From: Eledone cirrhosa
Taxonomy: Eukaryota
DNA length: 64,000 bases
NCBI GenBank assembly: GCA_964016885.1
Contig: OZ024747.1
Coordinates: 52,204,001-52,268,000, forward strand
Direction of reading: 5' to 3'
Part shown: in pieces, positions 13,009-24,990 of the stretch
Numbering within the stretch: position 1 is the first letter of the stretch
Layout: the number at the start of each line of letters is the position of its first letter
The notes under the pieces: generated by a model
The model's database searches: none
Told to the model about the DNA's origin: nothing
What the model saw: only the letters and a program-made list of their open reading frames with translations
Position numbers and translations under genes: made by a program

Positions 13009-13938
13009 TTCGATCTATACGTGGATATTTTACGTCTCGATGTGGGAGCTAAGTATATGTTTGTTTATACCTTTACTTATTTGCATAGGTAAGTATATAT
13101 TATCCGTATGTTTTGTGAAGGTATGTATACCTTCGCGTACGTATACTTGATTGTTATGGCGTATAAATTTTTTTATATTTCTGGTACTTATGGTTCGGCT
13201 ATGTGTATACGGGAGTTTTGCGTCTGTGTGAGTATGCAGGTTCGTACGTATGTAGGGCGTGTGTATATGTGTACTTCATGTTTTGGTTGACTTACGTCTC
13301 CGAACATTCGTGTATTTACATGTAGGTATGTGTGTGCGCTTGTTATATACGTATTTATTTATTTATATACGTTTATATAATTATTTATTTATTTGTAGAC
13401 ACACTTACACACACACACATATTTATATGTGCGTGGTTTTGTTTACCTATGGTAAGTTTTTGCGTATGCTTGTGTTTGTACGTATTTGTTTGCCTGTTTG
13501 TATTTATTTATTTCTATTACTTCTGTATTGTATTTATTTACTTTGTTCTTAACTCTGTAGCAGAGATTCATTCGGTCTCCTAGTTAGAATTTAGTCTACG
13601 ACTTCTGCTATACCATTTACGTGGTTTTGTCTTTGCGTGCTATTGTTCTCCACGCTCTACATATGATGTATTATCTTCGTTTTTTCGTTCATTGCCAGGG
13701 AACGTCTCTATGTACCACCTAAGAGAACATTAGTCTACGACCTCTTTTATACCATAAACGTGTTTCTGTCTTTGCGCGTAATTGCTTTTCACCGCTCCTA
13801 TTAATGACGTATTATATTCGTTTTTTCCCGTTCTTAGCCAGCGAACGTTGCCACGGACCAAAGTATCGTCTTCCTATCTTCCTCCGGTTGCAACGTTTTT
13901 TGAAATATCCACTTCTGCGTTTACAGATTGACTTTGTT

Positions 13939-13989
13939 AGTTTCAGAAGATCCCGTTAAGGGTGAAAGCAGCGATTCTTTGCTTAAACT
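13939..13989 (+). ncRNA. Hammerhead-like motif with variant core CAGAAGA
   Basis: agttt-CAGAAGA-tccc gttaa gggt-GAAA-gca...tgc-TT-aaact; stems I, II and III can form; core deviates at U4. Confidence 0.45.
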
Positions 13990-14192
13990 TTAATCTGTTA
14001 TTTTAATAAATATTTGCTCTACGGTTCTTATATATTTGATATATATTTATCCTTATCTTTGGATTTTAGCTCTACGGTTCTTATATATTTGATATATATT
14101 TATCCTTATCTTTGGATTTTAGCTCTACGGTTCTTATATATTTGATATATATTTATCCCTCTTTGGATTTTAGTCTTCAAATTTATTATTAT

Positions 14193-14261
<69 letters not shown>

Positions 14262-14263
<2 letters not shown>

Positions 14264-14452
14264 AAATTTAGTACAGCATCAACGAAGCCATGGTTGCAGC
14301 CAAGCTAACGAATGCAGTTTCGGTGTGCAGCTAAGCACTCGAGAGGGTATATAACCCTAGCGTTATAACATTACGTTTAGACAGCTTTGCAAATTGAAGA
14401 CAGCGACCGATAGAAGGGCCGCAGTAACCATAGCGACGAAAGAGACTGAACT
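14262..14452. repeat. Unclassified about 180-bp repeat in (TA)n, second copy at 17965-18137
   Basis: tttagtacagcat.aacgaagc...caagctaacgaa...tacgtttagacagctt.gcaaat shared by both copies, each bounded by (TA)n. Confidence 0.75.
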
Positions 14453-14522
14453 CATATATATATATATATATATAATTCAATTGATATTAAATAAATGGAA
14501 ACTATATGTATAAAACCATATT

Positions 14523-14583
14523 TATTCTATTATATATATTTCAAGGGAACCAACATTTTGGTACGCTATCATCAGATAAAATA
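14523..14583 (-). ncRNA. Type I hammerhead motif (minus strand)
   Basis: Reverse complement reads tattttat-CTGATGA-tagcgtaccaaaatgttggttccctt-GAAA-tatata-TA-atagaata. Confidence 0.75.
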
Positions 14584-14780
14584 CAAAATGTTTTATGAAT
14601 ATTTGACATGACCAAGGATGATATACCTTAATGGTTCAAGTTATCCACTTTCCAGGGATAACTTGAACTGTTAAGGTATATCATCCTTGGTCATATCAAA
14701 TATTTTAAAAACATTTTGTATTTGTATTTTATCTGATGATAGCGTACCAAAACTTTTGGTACACTTGAAATATATATAAT

Positions 14781-14921
14781 TGTCTCTACTTTAGGCACAA
14801 GGCCAGCAATTATCCCAGTACATTACTGGTACTTTATTTTATCGACCCCGTAAGGATGAAAGGCAAAGTTAACCTCGGCGCGATTTGAACTCAGAATGGC
14901 AAGGGGCGTAACTCTATGCTA
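14781..14921 (-). mobile_element. SINE family A with 14-bp TSD, splitting the plus-strand HHR (starts 14725)
   Basis: TSD gaaatatatataat at 14767-14780 and 14922-14935. Confidence 0.9.
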
Positions 14922-15072
14922 GAAATATATATAATAAAATAAATATGGTTTTATAAATATAGTTTCCATTTATTTAATATCAATTGAATACTTATTCCAG
15001 AAATCAGTCGAGTGCTTTGAATTAGTTGTACACATCTATATTTGTTGGATTTCTAACAAATCAAATATCTCT

Positions 15073-15199
<127 letters not shown>

Positions 15200-15286
15200 T
15201 ATTTATTAAAATAACAGATTAAAGTTTAAGCAAAGAATCCCTTCTTTCACCCTTTGGATTTCAGTCTTCAAATTTATTATTACTAC

Positions 15287-15342
<56 letters not shown>

Positions 15343-15354
15343 TCTAAAGTTTGT

Positions 15355-15711
15355 CCCGACTGTTTCCGTGGCATGAAGCGTTTGAGAGTACAAGACACTC
15401 CCTGGACTCATTTTCAGCTGAGTTTATTGGAGCAAATGGGTCTTTTGCTCAAGAACACAACACGCAGAAATCGAACCCATGATCGTAAGTCCAAACAACA
15501 CCCTTACCACTAGGCCACGCGCCTCCATATATTTACATATATATAAATAAATATATATAGTTCAAGAATAAGCAAGACAAACACAGAGATGTAAAAAGTT
15601 TTATATATATGAGGATATGTGTGTGTACTGATGGTTATATGGCAGAGAATTACATATTATATGGTATTAAAGCGTCGGTATTTGTTCAGGATTTATTCTC
15701 TCTCTCTCTCT

Positions 15712-15805
<94 letters not shown>

Positions 15806-16102
15806 ATATATATATCTAAAATAGTCTAAAGTCTGTCTTAAGCCAGAAGGCTCATTTGGCCGGTGCTTATCCCCGGTTTCATGGCGTGAAGCGACTGAGA
15901 GTACAAGACTACCCCCTGGACAGGACGCCGGTCCATCGCAGGGTTAAACCTCCAGCTATTGCTGGTATTCATTTTCAGCTGAGTAAACTGGAGCAACGTG
16001 AAATGAAGTGTTTTGTTCAAGAACACAACACGCAGCCCAGGAATCGAACCCACGACATTATGATCGTAAGTCCAACACTCTTACCACTAGGCCACGTGTC
16101 TC
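15355..16102 (-). mobile_element. Two tRNA-head SINE copies (15355-15525, 15835-16102)
   Basis: Minus strand: ggcgcgtggcctagtggtaag...ggttcgattcc (A/B boxes) then tgtgttcttgagcaa; CORE-like central region. Confidence 0.8.
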
Positions 16103-16105
16103 CAC

Positions 16106-16138
<33 letters not shown>

Positions 16139-16145
16139 TATAAGT

Positions 16146-16255
<110 letters not shown>

Positions 16256-16809
16256 TTGACGGCTAAGATGAACAATTTTTGTTCAAAAGAATGTCCCATA
16301 AAAATCATCTTATACGGTCAAGGATGAGATTGTGTTCCTTGTTTGTGGAGTTCTGGTCTGCAGTGGCCCTGAAATTAAACAAACACTATGTAGTTACGTA
16401 AACATGTTAAATTTACGTATTTTCCGGTAAATTGAAATAAAATATTAATATTCTTAAGTGATTTTCATCCCTGATTGGATCCTCATCAGAGATTATATAC
16501 ATCTAACAACCACATAATACATAAATGACTACCATTTATAACCTTGGAAAGTAAGGATATTTTTAATGTTTATGTTGGTTGGATCAGAACTCGAACCTCT
16601 TCACCATTTAGCCATACGGCACCTTTAGGAATATAGGCGTATAGTTAAATAGAAGAATGTAAATATTTTAATGTACACCGATATGTCAACAAAAGTAGGT
16701 AATCTCTAGTGTCTGTATATTTACACATATTTACGCAGACTTGGTTAATCACTAAACTGTATACATGTATATTTACAGATAGATATACATTTAAAAAATA
16801 CTTCAGCAG

Positions 16810-16903
<94 letters not shown>

Positions 16904-16946
16904 AGTGTTTATGTGCGTATGTATGTGTTTGTAGTGTGTTTGTGTG

Positions 16947-16984
<38 letters not shown>

Positions 16985-17207
16985 CACACAAACACACATA
17001 TTGACAGAAACATTTAAGATCCGTCGATTTAACGTAATTGGTAAAATAAATAGTAAGGCGTGTGTTAAAGTTTTAAACTTTTCTCATTTCCCCAACTCAA
17101 CTATTTATAATCACTTTCACACAATAAAGTGCTTGGCCTACATATTCACCCTGCTTCATTTGAATTTAGCTTTCAGTGAAATTCCTGAATGACAATGGAT
17201 ATATAAT

Positions 17208-17239
<32 letters not shown>

Positions 17240-17246
17240 ACACACA

Positions 17247-17278
<32 letters not shown>

Positions 17279-17388
17279 TACACATATATATATATATATA
17301 GGTAAGTTATTCCGGGTTGAATCGGAGGTAACCACAGTAAGTAAGGGACTCAATACATAGCAGAGTATAAAAGTTTTAATATAGATGA

Positions 17389-17437
17389 GATTCTACAGGA
17401 CTAGAACTGTTTCATTCTTTAGAAATCATCAGGAATC
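17389..17437 (-). ncRNA. Compact type I hammerhead motif in a 140-bp island between (TA)n tracts
   Basis: Minus strand: gattc-CTGATGA-tttctaaagaat-GAAA-cag ttctagtc ctg-TA-gaatc; stem I gattc/gaatc, stem III acag/ctgt, GUA site. Confidence 0.7.
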
Positions 17438-17634
17438 CCTATATATATATATATATATATATATGTTTGTGTGTGTCTATGTATCTCTGAGTTTGTGTAT
17501 TTGTATGTAGTGTACTTCCTTTCCTGTTTTTTTTTATTTCTCTTATACACCTTCTCTCAAGCAACGTCCCACGTGATCGATATCAACATGTCCATGTATT
17601 TACAGAATATCTCTCTTTCCTCGTCTACGGGTAT

Positions 17635-17666
<32 letters not shown>

Positions 17667-17897
17667 GCAGATGTGCAACGAAAGATTTATGTAAATTATG
17701 TAAACTATATATATGTGTTTGTGTCTATATTGTATCTGTATTATTTTTGACCGTCGGTCAGTCAATGGCAACATTGAGGACCGAGTAAGTTAGATCGCAG
17801 ATATAAAAGACAGCGAGAAGCGAAAACCAACCAAACAGTGAGTGTGTTCTGTTATTAATTCTGGCAATATTACGCAAATATGACCCTCCCCAAGTAT

Positions 17898-17968
<71 letters not shown>

Positions 17969-18134
17969 AGTACAGCATTAACGAAGCTTTAGTTCGCGGC
18001 CAAGCTAACGAACGCAAATTCGGTCTGTAGCTTTAGCACTCAGATGGGGAAAAGTACCCCAGAGTAATAACAATACGTTTAGACAGCTTAGCAAATCAAA
18101 TATAGCGATCGGCAGTCCAGCCGCATCACCAGAG

Positions 18135-18171
<37 letters not shown>

Positions 18172-18173
<2 letters not shown>

Positions 18174-18237
18174 TCGTTTTCTCTTTTATCCGTCTTCTCT
18201 TAACTATTCTACCGGGCGAAGCAGGGTACCTCAGCTA

Positions 18238-18238
<1 letters not shown>
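18172..18238 (+). mobile_element. Helitron-like 3' terminus
   Basis: GC hairpin accgggcgaagcagggt (from 18211) followed by CTAG (18235-18238) then T. Confidence 0.5.
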
Positions 18239-18291
<53 letters not shown>

Positions 18292-18467
18292 ACATATATA
18301 TATATATGTATACATATATATATATGAAAAGTGTAATTTACTACACAAAACGAAGGTTATAGAGAAAATTGAGGTTGGTAATGGCACATGGAATATATAA
18401 GAGACAGAATACTTTTTTGTGAAAAAACATATAATTTTATAAGGTAAGGAAATAATAAAGGGTATAA

Positions 18468-18515
18468 AAAATGACCGGTTTCGATAGGTCTGTAAAAGCC
18501 ATCTTTTCAAATGTT
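18468..18515 (-). ncRNA. Decayed hammerhead motif
   Basis: Minus strand: TTGAAAA (cf. CTGAAGA)-gatgg...ctatc-GAAA-ccgg-TC; stem II and palindromic stem III intact, core doubly mutated. Confidence 0.45.
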
Positions 18516-18729
18516 GATTAATATTAAGAAAAATTAATAATAAGAAGAGTTAAAATTTGAGATTTGAAAATTCAAGTATAAAATTCATTGTGGGATTTCA
18601 TAGTAGTTTTCATCTTGGTAGCCGCAAGTTGACTGCTGTGTGCCTTTCTGGTAGTGAATGAGAAGTTATTTGGGGGTGTGGGTTATTTTATAAAGGTCAG
18701 ATTTAGCATATATATATACACATAAATAT

Positions 18730-18940
18730 AAATCTCCAAGCCTGAGTACAACGGATCTCTTCCAGAGAAAGATAGAAAATGAGAGAGAGGGAATGAAAAA
18801 AAAGATATAGAGGAATAATCGACCCAATACTTCGAAATTTTGAAAGACAAAGTTGACCTCGGCGGGATTTAAACTCAGAGGGCAGAGGGATGGAATGAAT
18901 ACCATAAAGCATTCTATCCGATATTCTAACGACTGCTTAT
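18730..18940 (-). mobile_element. SINE family A, long-tail variant
   Basis: Similar to 49080-49312 (ctccaagcctgagtacaacggat...gacctcggcgggatttaaactcag). Confidence 0.7.
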
Positions 18941-19487
18941 TCCACGTATATATACATAATTATATAATAACAGGATGAATGAATTGGGGTTTATAACCGA
19001 AGGAAACTTAAGTACCTGTATATGTCACTGTTGTAACTAAATATACTTAACTCGTCCTATGGACTGTGTGCTCTTACCCTTGGATATTTTTGCCAAACTT
19101 ACACGACAGTATGTTTGTATGTATGTATGTGTGTGTAGACGTATGAATGTTTGGATGTAGGCGCGCCTACATGTGTATTTTCGTGTCTTCATCTTTTCTC
19201 TGTCAGTTTATGTCTTCGATCAGAAACTATTACAAACAGCAAGAAAGAGCGACGCCAAAACAGATGCCCAACGGTTTTACAGGCGAGAGAAAGACTAACC
19301 AAGCCAAAGCTTTATAATAATGTGAGGAGGGAGTCAAAGAACAGAAAGATTAGAGAATGAGGGATAAAAAAGGAGGGGAGGAAGTGAGAGGAAGAAATAG
19401 AGAGGAAAGAAGAAAGAAAGAAGAGTCGAAATCTTTATATTAATGGGAGAAAGTGGGGCTAAGGAAGAAAGGATTAGAGAGATAGAC

Positions 19488-19571
<84 letters not shown>

Positions 19572-20056
19572 GAAGGAGGTGGTAATTGGAAGAGATAGAT
19601 ATAAATGAAACATAAAAAACGGAGAGAAAAAGAAAAACAAAACAAACTCACTTCTGATGATCTCAGCTCTGACGTCATACACTTGCTAACACTTAGATGA
19701 TTTAAAAACTTATTGTTTTTATTTCCAGCCAGCGGTCTTTCAACTTTGCTTTCATCTTCGTCCTTTCCCATATTTTCGCAAGTTTTTTTCATTAATTTTC
19801 TGTTGGTTGATGTTTTATTTTTTGCTCACACCACCTCTGTACTTCATGTTTCTCATTTACCTCCTCATACCCTCACACTCGCCATCCTCCTTTACAATGT
19901 CCTTCCTTCTTTCTCGCTTTTTTTTCTCGCACTTTATTCATATTATATATGCCATCTCTTTCTCTCGTCACTTCTCGTTCTATTTTTTTTCTATCTTTCA
20001 CTCTCCTTCTCCCCTTCGCGTTTTCACTTCTATCTCTCTCATGTATATATATATAT

Positions 20057-20111
<55 letters not shown>

Positions 20112-20143
20112 AACGAGTTATGGTTCCTTACCACATTTCCTTC

Positions 20144-20186
<43 letters not shown>

Positions 20187-20209
20187 CATACATATATATA
20201 TATATACAG

Positions 20210-20265
<56 letters not shown>

Positions 20266-20358
20266 TTGGAAATATCCCCGAGATCCATGGACGAGTTCTC
20301 TCCAGCGGTCACTGTCCTTCATCATTGCCGCCATATACATGTATACATATATACATAT

Positions 20359-21090
20359 GGTCAGGCCGTTAAAGTGACCTACACATAAATAGGCCGTCAG
20401 AAAAAGCGGGAATTATAAACTTGTTGAAATTTCATGTTACTAGAAATAGCAGCACGATACATTTTTTTTTCTCTACATAGAAGGAGAATACAAATAAATG
20501 ATATAAATATTCCAGTAGGTACTAAGTACCTACGGAAATATACATGGTGTCTATAACAGTGGTTGTTGTTCTATGGTACTAATTTGAGATATCAGAATTA
20601 TAAAATGAGCGGAACAAGTAGACATTAATCAATCTTTTAAATAAATTAAAATACGATTTAAATATTCACCTGTTCTAGTGCTGTGACCGACGGTTTCGCT
20701 TATCAAAAGATTGGAAATTTAGAGAATTTCCAATGTTATTTATGTGTAAGTCACTTTAACGGCCTGACCTCATGCATTGGGCGGAAAGCAATATATTTAC
20801 TACTACAAAGCTTTTGTGCCCTGTGGTATGGAAATAGCTGTCTGAAGAGCTGATTCTTTCCATTGGAAATTCTCTGAATTTCCAATCTTTTGATAAGCGA
20901 AACCGTCGGTCACAGCACTAGAACAGGTGAATATTTAAATCGTATTTTAATTTATTTAAAAGATTGTTTAATGTTTACTTGTTCCGGTCATTTTATAATT
21001 CTGGTATCTCAAATTATTACCATTGAACAACCAGTGTTATAGACACCATGTATATTTCCGTAGGTACTAGGTACCTACTGGAATATTTAT

Positions 21091-21094
<4 letters not shown>
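20359..21094. mobile_element. Doubly inverted PLE pLTR fragment (third family)
   Basis: About 20499-20735 is the reverse complement of about 20861-21094; 20359-20391 is the reverse complement of 20737-20769; ends in (TA)n. Confidence 0.8.
20837..20916 (+). ncRNA. Type I hammerhead motif with GUC site
   Basis: gctgt-CTGAAGA-gct...(attggaaatt/aatttccaat hairpin)...agc-GAAA-ccgtcg-GTC-acagc; predicted cut after 20911. Confidence 0.85.
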
Positions 21095-21154
<60 letters not shown>

Positions 21155-21281
21155 AAAGTTTTATTTAAAATTGTTGGGTTACAACAAGTAAATATTTTAT
21201 AACTGATATAAAGCACTCGACAAGTTTTGGAGTAGATATACGATATTAAACAAATGGAAACTATATTTATAAAACCATATT

Positions 21282-21347
21282 TATTTCATTATACATATTT
21301 CGGGGATACCATATTAAAAATATGGCATGCCTTCTTCAGATAAAATA
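21282..21347 (-). ncRNA. Type I hammerhead motif (minus-strand mirror of 21488-21553)
   Basis: Reverse complement of the plus-strand copy. Confidence 0.8.
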
Positions 21348-21487
21348 CAATATATAAACAGTTTTATAAATAATTTTGACGTACCATAAATATTGAGCAA
21401 CCGTTATGTAAGAAACCGGCTTCTTACATAACGGTTGCTCAATATTTATGGTACGTCAAAATTATTTATAAAACTGTTTATATATTG

Positions 21488-21553
21488 TATTTTATCTGAA
21501 GAAGGCATGCCATATTTTTAATATGGTATCCCCGAAATATGTATAATGAAATA
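21488..21553 (+). ncRNA. Type I hammerhead motif
   Basis: tattttat-CTGAAGA-aggcatgccatatt...aatatggtatcccc-GAAA-tatgta-TA-atgaaata. Confidence 0.8.
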
Positions 21554-21593
21554 AATATGGTTTTATAAATATAGTTTCCATTTGTTTAATATC

Positions 21594-21684
<91 letters not shown>

Positions 21685-22499
21685 CATATACACCTATACA
21701 CACACACACACACACACACATACACACATATATATATATGTATATATATATATAATCGACATATATTCCATTCTCTCTTTCTCACGCTCTCTTATTTTCT
21801 GTCCCTCTGTTTATCTCTCTCACGCCTCCTCACCTCTATCTTCCTGTTTCTCTGTCCCCCACTGATAATTCTGACCCTTTTGATACCAATTCACATAAAA
21901 CCGGCCCTCATTCTACAATATAAATCTATTTATTTTAAAGTATTCATATTTCAGAAACTCCCACTATAATTATGTAAGAAAATAAACAAGTTCCCAACCC
22001 AACACTGATAGTGAGAAAGTTAGTTATATTAATAAATCACTCCGAATTCCTGATTATTTTCAAAATCATTTAACAATTATGGACAGTCTTTTTCGTTAGA
22101 AATGTGTTAATCAGAGGTTATCATACTTCCAATCTCTCACTACCTTGCAGTATATCTTTCCTGTTCGTTTGTCCATCTTATTCTCTTTCATGACACCAAA
22201 TCTCCTTCCTTTTATTTTCCTCTTCCCCCCATTCACATTCCCTGTGTCTCTTCTATCCCCCTCTCTTTCCTTCTCTGTTTTCCACTTGTATCAGAGGGTA
22301 GTCTCTCCCTACCTCCAATACTTCATTCAATCTCAAATAACCTTAAAAAATACTATCAATAGAAAAGCAATTGCTTTCTCATTTCTCTGCCTTTTTTCTA
22401 GAAAGAATTTATCTTATAATAGCCATCTTTAATCATCATATTGTGTATGATACTAAAGATTTAGCTTACATATTTCCTGATAACGTCTAAATCAGCTAA

Positions 22500-22700
22500 G
22501 TTTCTTCTTCTTCTTCTTCTTCTTCTTCTTCTTCTTCTTCTTCTTCTTCTTCTTCTTCTTCTTCTTCTTCTTCTTCTTCTCCTCCTCCCACTTATTCCTG
22601 AGAGGGTCGTAGGGGGACAGAGTCCTCAAACACTCCTTCCAGCGGGTCCTATCAGAAGCAACTCATCTCTAGTTAAACTGTAGCCAAAATAACCTCAGAA
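22500..22700 (-). mobile_element. 3' end of RTE-like LINE with long (GAA)n tail
   Basis: (CTT)n then ttattcctgagagggtcgt...cagagtcctcaaacactccttccag, reverse complement of 1835-1900. Confidence 0.75.
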
Positions 22701-22719
22701 AGCATCCTTTGTAGATGCA

Positions 22720-23010
22720 GCGTGGCCGCCGAATGATTCAGGATTTCGCTTCACAATTGGTAGGTTCGATGACAATGCATGACGTTTTGGTAGAACCATG
22801 CCTTGTGGGTGAAATTGGGTAAACGGAAACTGTTTGGAAACCCACCTGATAAGGACCAACCTTGTCACGCAATGTGTCGTGTTGAATTATGAGAATTACG
22901 TTAAGAATATATGAATTAGTGGAATGCTCAGGCACTTACACATCAAATTTAATGCGCGGGTCATTCCGTTGAGTGAACAACTTGAACATTCCTCGACGAA
23001 ACAGACAGAG
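22720..23010 (+). mobile_element. SINE family B copy
   Basis: tRNA-like head then ccaaccttgtcacgcaatgtgtcgtg...gagaattacgttaag...gtggaatgctcag. Confidence 0.7.
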
Positions 23011-23186
23011 GTCCATTCTGTCAGAACTCACAAATGAGAGTCTAGTGAAGACGCCAAGAAAATGTCAACTTCTATTTGACGGACCATTGAAGAAGTTCTA
23101 TATAAGTCAGTCAACTTTACATTCACAAATATATATATGTATATATATAATATATAAGATCAAAAGATGGTTAAATGAGTTCCATG

Positions 23187-23257
23187 TATTTTATTATGCG
23201 CATTTCAAAAACAAATATCATCATACAATAACATTTGTGTTTTCATCAGATAAAATA
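23187..23257 (-). ncRNA. Type I hammerhead motif (minus-strand mirror)
   Basis: Reverse complement of 23383-23453 with one substitution in stem II. Confidence 0.82.
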
Positions 23258-23382
23258 GGAGGACATGATATGAAGGTTAAAAACACTTGTGGATAGTGCA
23301 GTTTTAAATCAGCATATTTATGATATGTTGATTTAAAACTGCACTATCCACAAGTGTTTTTAACCTTCATATCATGTCCTCC

Positions 23383-23453
23383 TATTTTATCTGATGAAAA
23401 CACAAATGTTATTGCATGATGATATTTGTTTTTGAAATGCGCATAATAAAATA
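23383..23453 (+). ncRNA. Type I hammerhead motif, palindromic stem III ATGCGCAT
   Basis: tattttat-CTGATGA-aaacacaaatgttattgcatgatgatatttgttttt-GAAA-tgcgca-TA-ataaaata. Confidence 0.85.
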
Positions 23454-23585
23454 CATGGAACTCATTTAACCATCTTTTGATCTTATATATTATGTATACT
23501 CCAGTCCTACAAACTGTAGAGTGCTTCTTATCCGATATCTGCATTGCTTTATTGTACTACAATAAAACTCACCTCCTACATTATG

Positions 23586-23616
<31 letters not shown>

Positions 23617-23715
23617 CTCGGACCTATTCGTTAGAATCTTAGAGCTTATTTTGCGGGTGATATGGCGCATGTCTTTCTGGCATGACACCCATAATTTTGA
23701 TTATCTTAATTTTGG

Positions 23716-23841
<126 letters not shown>

Positions 23842-23867
23842 ATAATAATAATAATATATATATATAT

Positions 23868-24140
23868 AGTAATAATAATAAATTTGAAGACTAAAATCCA
23901 AAGGATAAATATATATCAAATATATAAGAACCCTAGAGCAAATATTTATTAAAATAACAGATTAAAGTTTAAGCAAAGAATCGCTGCTTTCACCCTTAAA
24001 GGGATCTTCTGAAACTAAAAAAAATCAATCTGTGAACACAGAAGTAAATATTTCGAAGGAAAACAGGGAGACGATACTTTGGTTCGTGGAGACGTTCCCT
24101 GGCAATGAACGGAAAAAAAGCGAAGATAATACGTCATTAT
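23868..24140 (-). mobile_element. pLTR fragment of the second PLE family
   Basis: Reverse complement of about 13800-14197, including the CAGAAGA hammerhead-like motif. Confidence 0.8.
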
Positions 24141-24174
24141 GTGGAGCATGCATGCATGAATGTATGCATGTAAG

Positions 24175-24235
<61 letters not shown>

Positions 24236-24306
24236 TTAGCTCTGTAACTTACATAGAGCACTCTTCATTCCTCTGACTTTTTCAATTTTCAACGGAAACT
24301 TCAATA

Positions 24307-24357
<51 letters not shown>

Positions 24358-24364
24358 TACATAA

Positions 24365-24990
24365 TTGATTTTTAATTTAGACACAAAGCCAGCAAGTATA
24401 GGGGTGGGGCAAATTTGATTAAATCAACCCAGTATTTGACTGGTACTTTATTTACTATTCTCGAAAGGCTGAAAAGCCAAGTTGTCCTCGGCGCGATAAA
24501 AAAAAAAAACAGTATAAATACTACAATGGTATTTTATCTGACGCTCTACCGATTCTGCCAATCTACCACACCTGATTCCTAATTTAGGCACAAGCCCAGA
24601 AATTTGGAAGAATGTGAAGTGAAAATCGATATGAACTGCAGTTATTTATTGATACTTTGTTTTATCGACCCCGGAAGGATGAAAGCTAAAGCTGGCCTCA
24701 CTGGGATTTGAACTCAGAGCCGGAACAAATACCATAAACTGTTGGTTGGACACCCTAACAATTCGACCAATTTACCATCCTTTATTTGCTTTCTGATTTA
24801 GGCACAAGGGGAATGGGGAAAGTCAATGAAATCGACCGCAGTGTATCACTGGTACTTTATTTTATCGACCTCGTAAGGATGAAAGGCAAATATAACTTCG
24901 TCAAGATTTGAGCTCAGATCGTAAAGGGCCGTAACTCTATACCATCAACCATGTTGTCTGACACTCCATCGATACGGCCAATCCACCTTC
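24365..24990 (-). mobile_element. Head-to-tail train of three SINE family A copies
   Basis: Three repeats of tttaggcacaag...tggtactttat...gatgaaag...cgacgctct..cgat...ccaat..acc. Confidence 0.8.

Larger units (their letters stand above)
12471..14197 (+). mobile_element. 5'-truncated PLE (second family) with about 340-bp inverted pLTR, in (TA)n
   Basis: 12471-12815 is the reverse complement of about 13666-14010; PLE C-terminal coding remnant lies between; about 53-bp unit triplicated at 14016-14172; (TA)n on both flanks. Confidence 0.88.
14474..15072. mobile_element. Fold-back PLE pLTR (palindrome, loop 14647-14655) interrupted by a SINE
   Basis: Left arm 14474-14646 is the reverse complement of 14656-14780 plus 14936-14990; homologous to pLTR 9430-9700; (TA)n flanks. 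Confidence 0.88.
21152..21596. mobile_element. Fold-back PLE pLTR, near-perfect 175-bp-arm palindrome
   Basis: 21240-21414 is the reverse complement of 21421-21595, centre accggc; (TA)n on both flanks. Confidence 0.92.
23140..23585. mobile_element. Fold-back PLE pLTR, about 177-bp arms centred at 23320
   Basis: 23140-23317 is the reverse complement of 23323-23498; explains the identical peptides in ORFs 22973-23296(+) and 23344-23544(-). Confidence 0.9.

Noticed and set aside
16030-16102. tRNA gene candidates (also 34030-34090, 46514-46575)
   Set aside because: A/B boxes run directly into SINE bodies with no acceptor stem closure; these are SINE heads
16450-16497. Minus-strand CTGATGA...GAAA hammerhead candidate (similar lone CTGATGA at 19654 and 43524)
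   Set aside because: Stems I and III do not pair convincingly, or GAAA is absent; cannot be distinguished from chance
22973-23544. Two ORFs on opposite strands encoding the same peptide
   Set aside because: A by-product of the DNA palindrome; non-coding pLTR sequence
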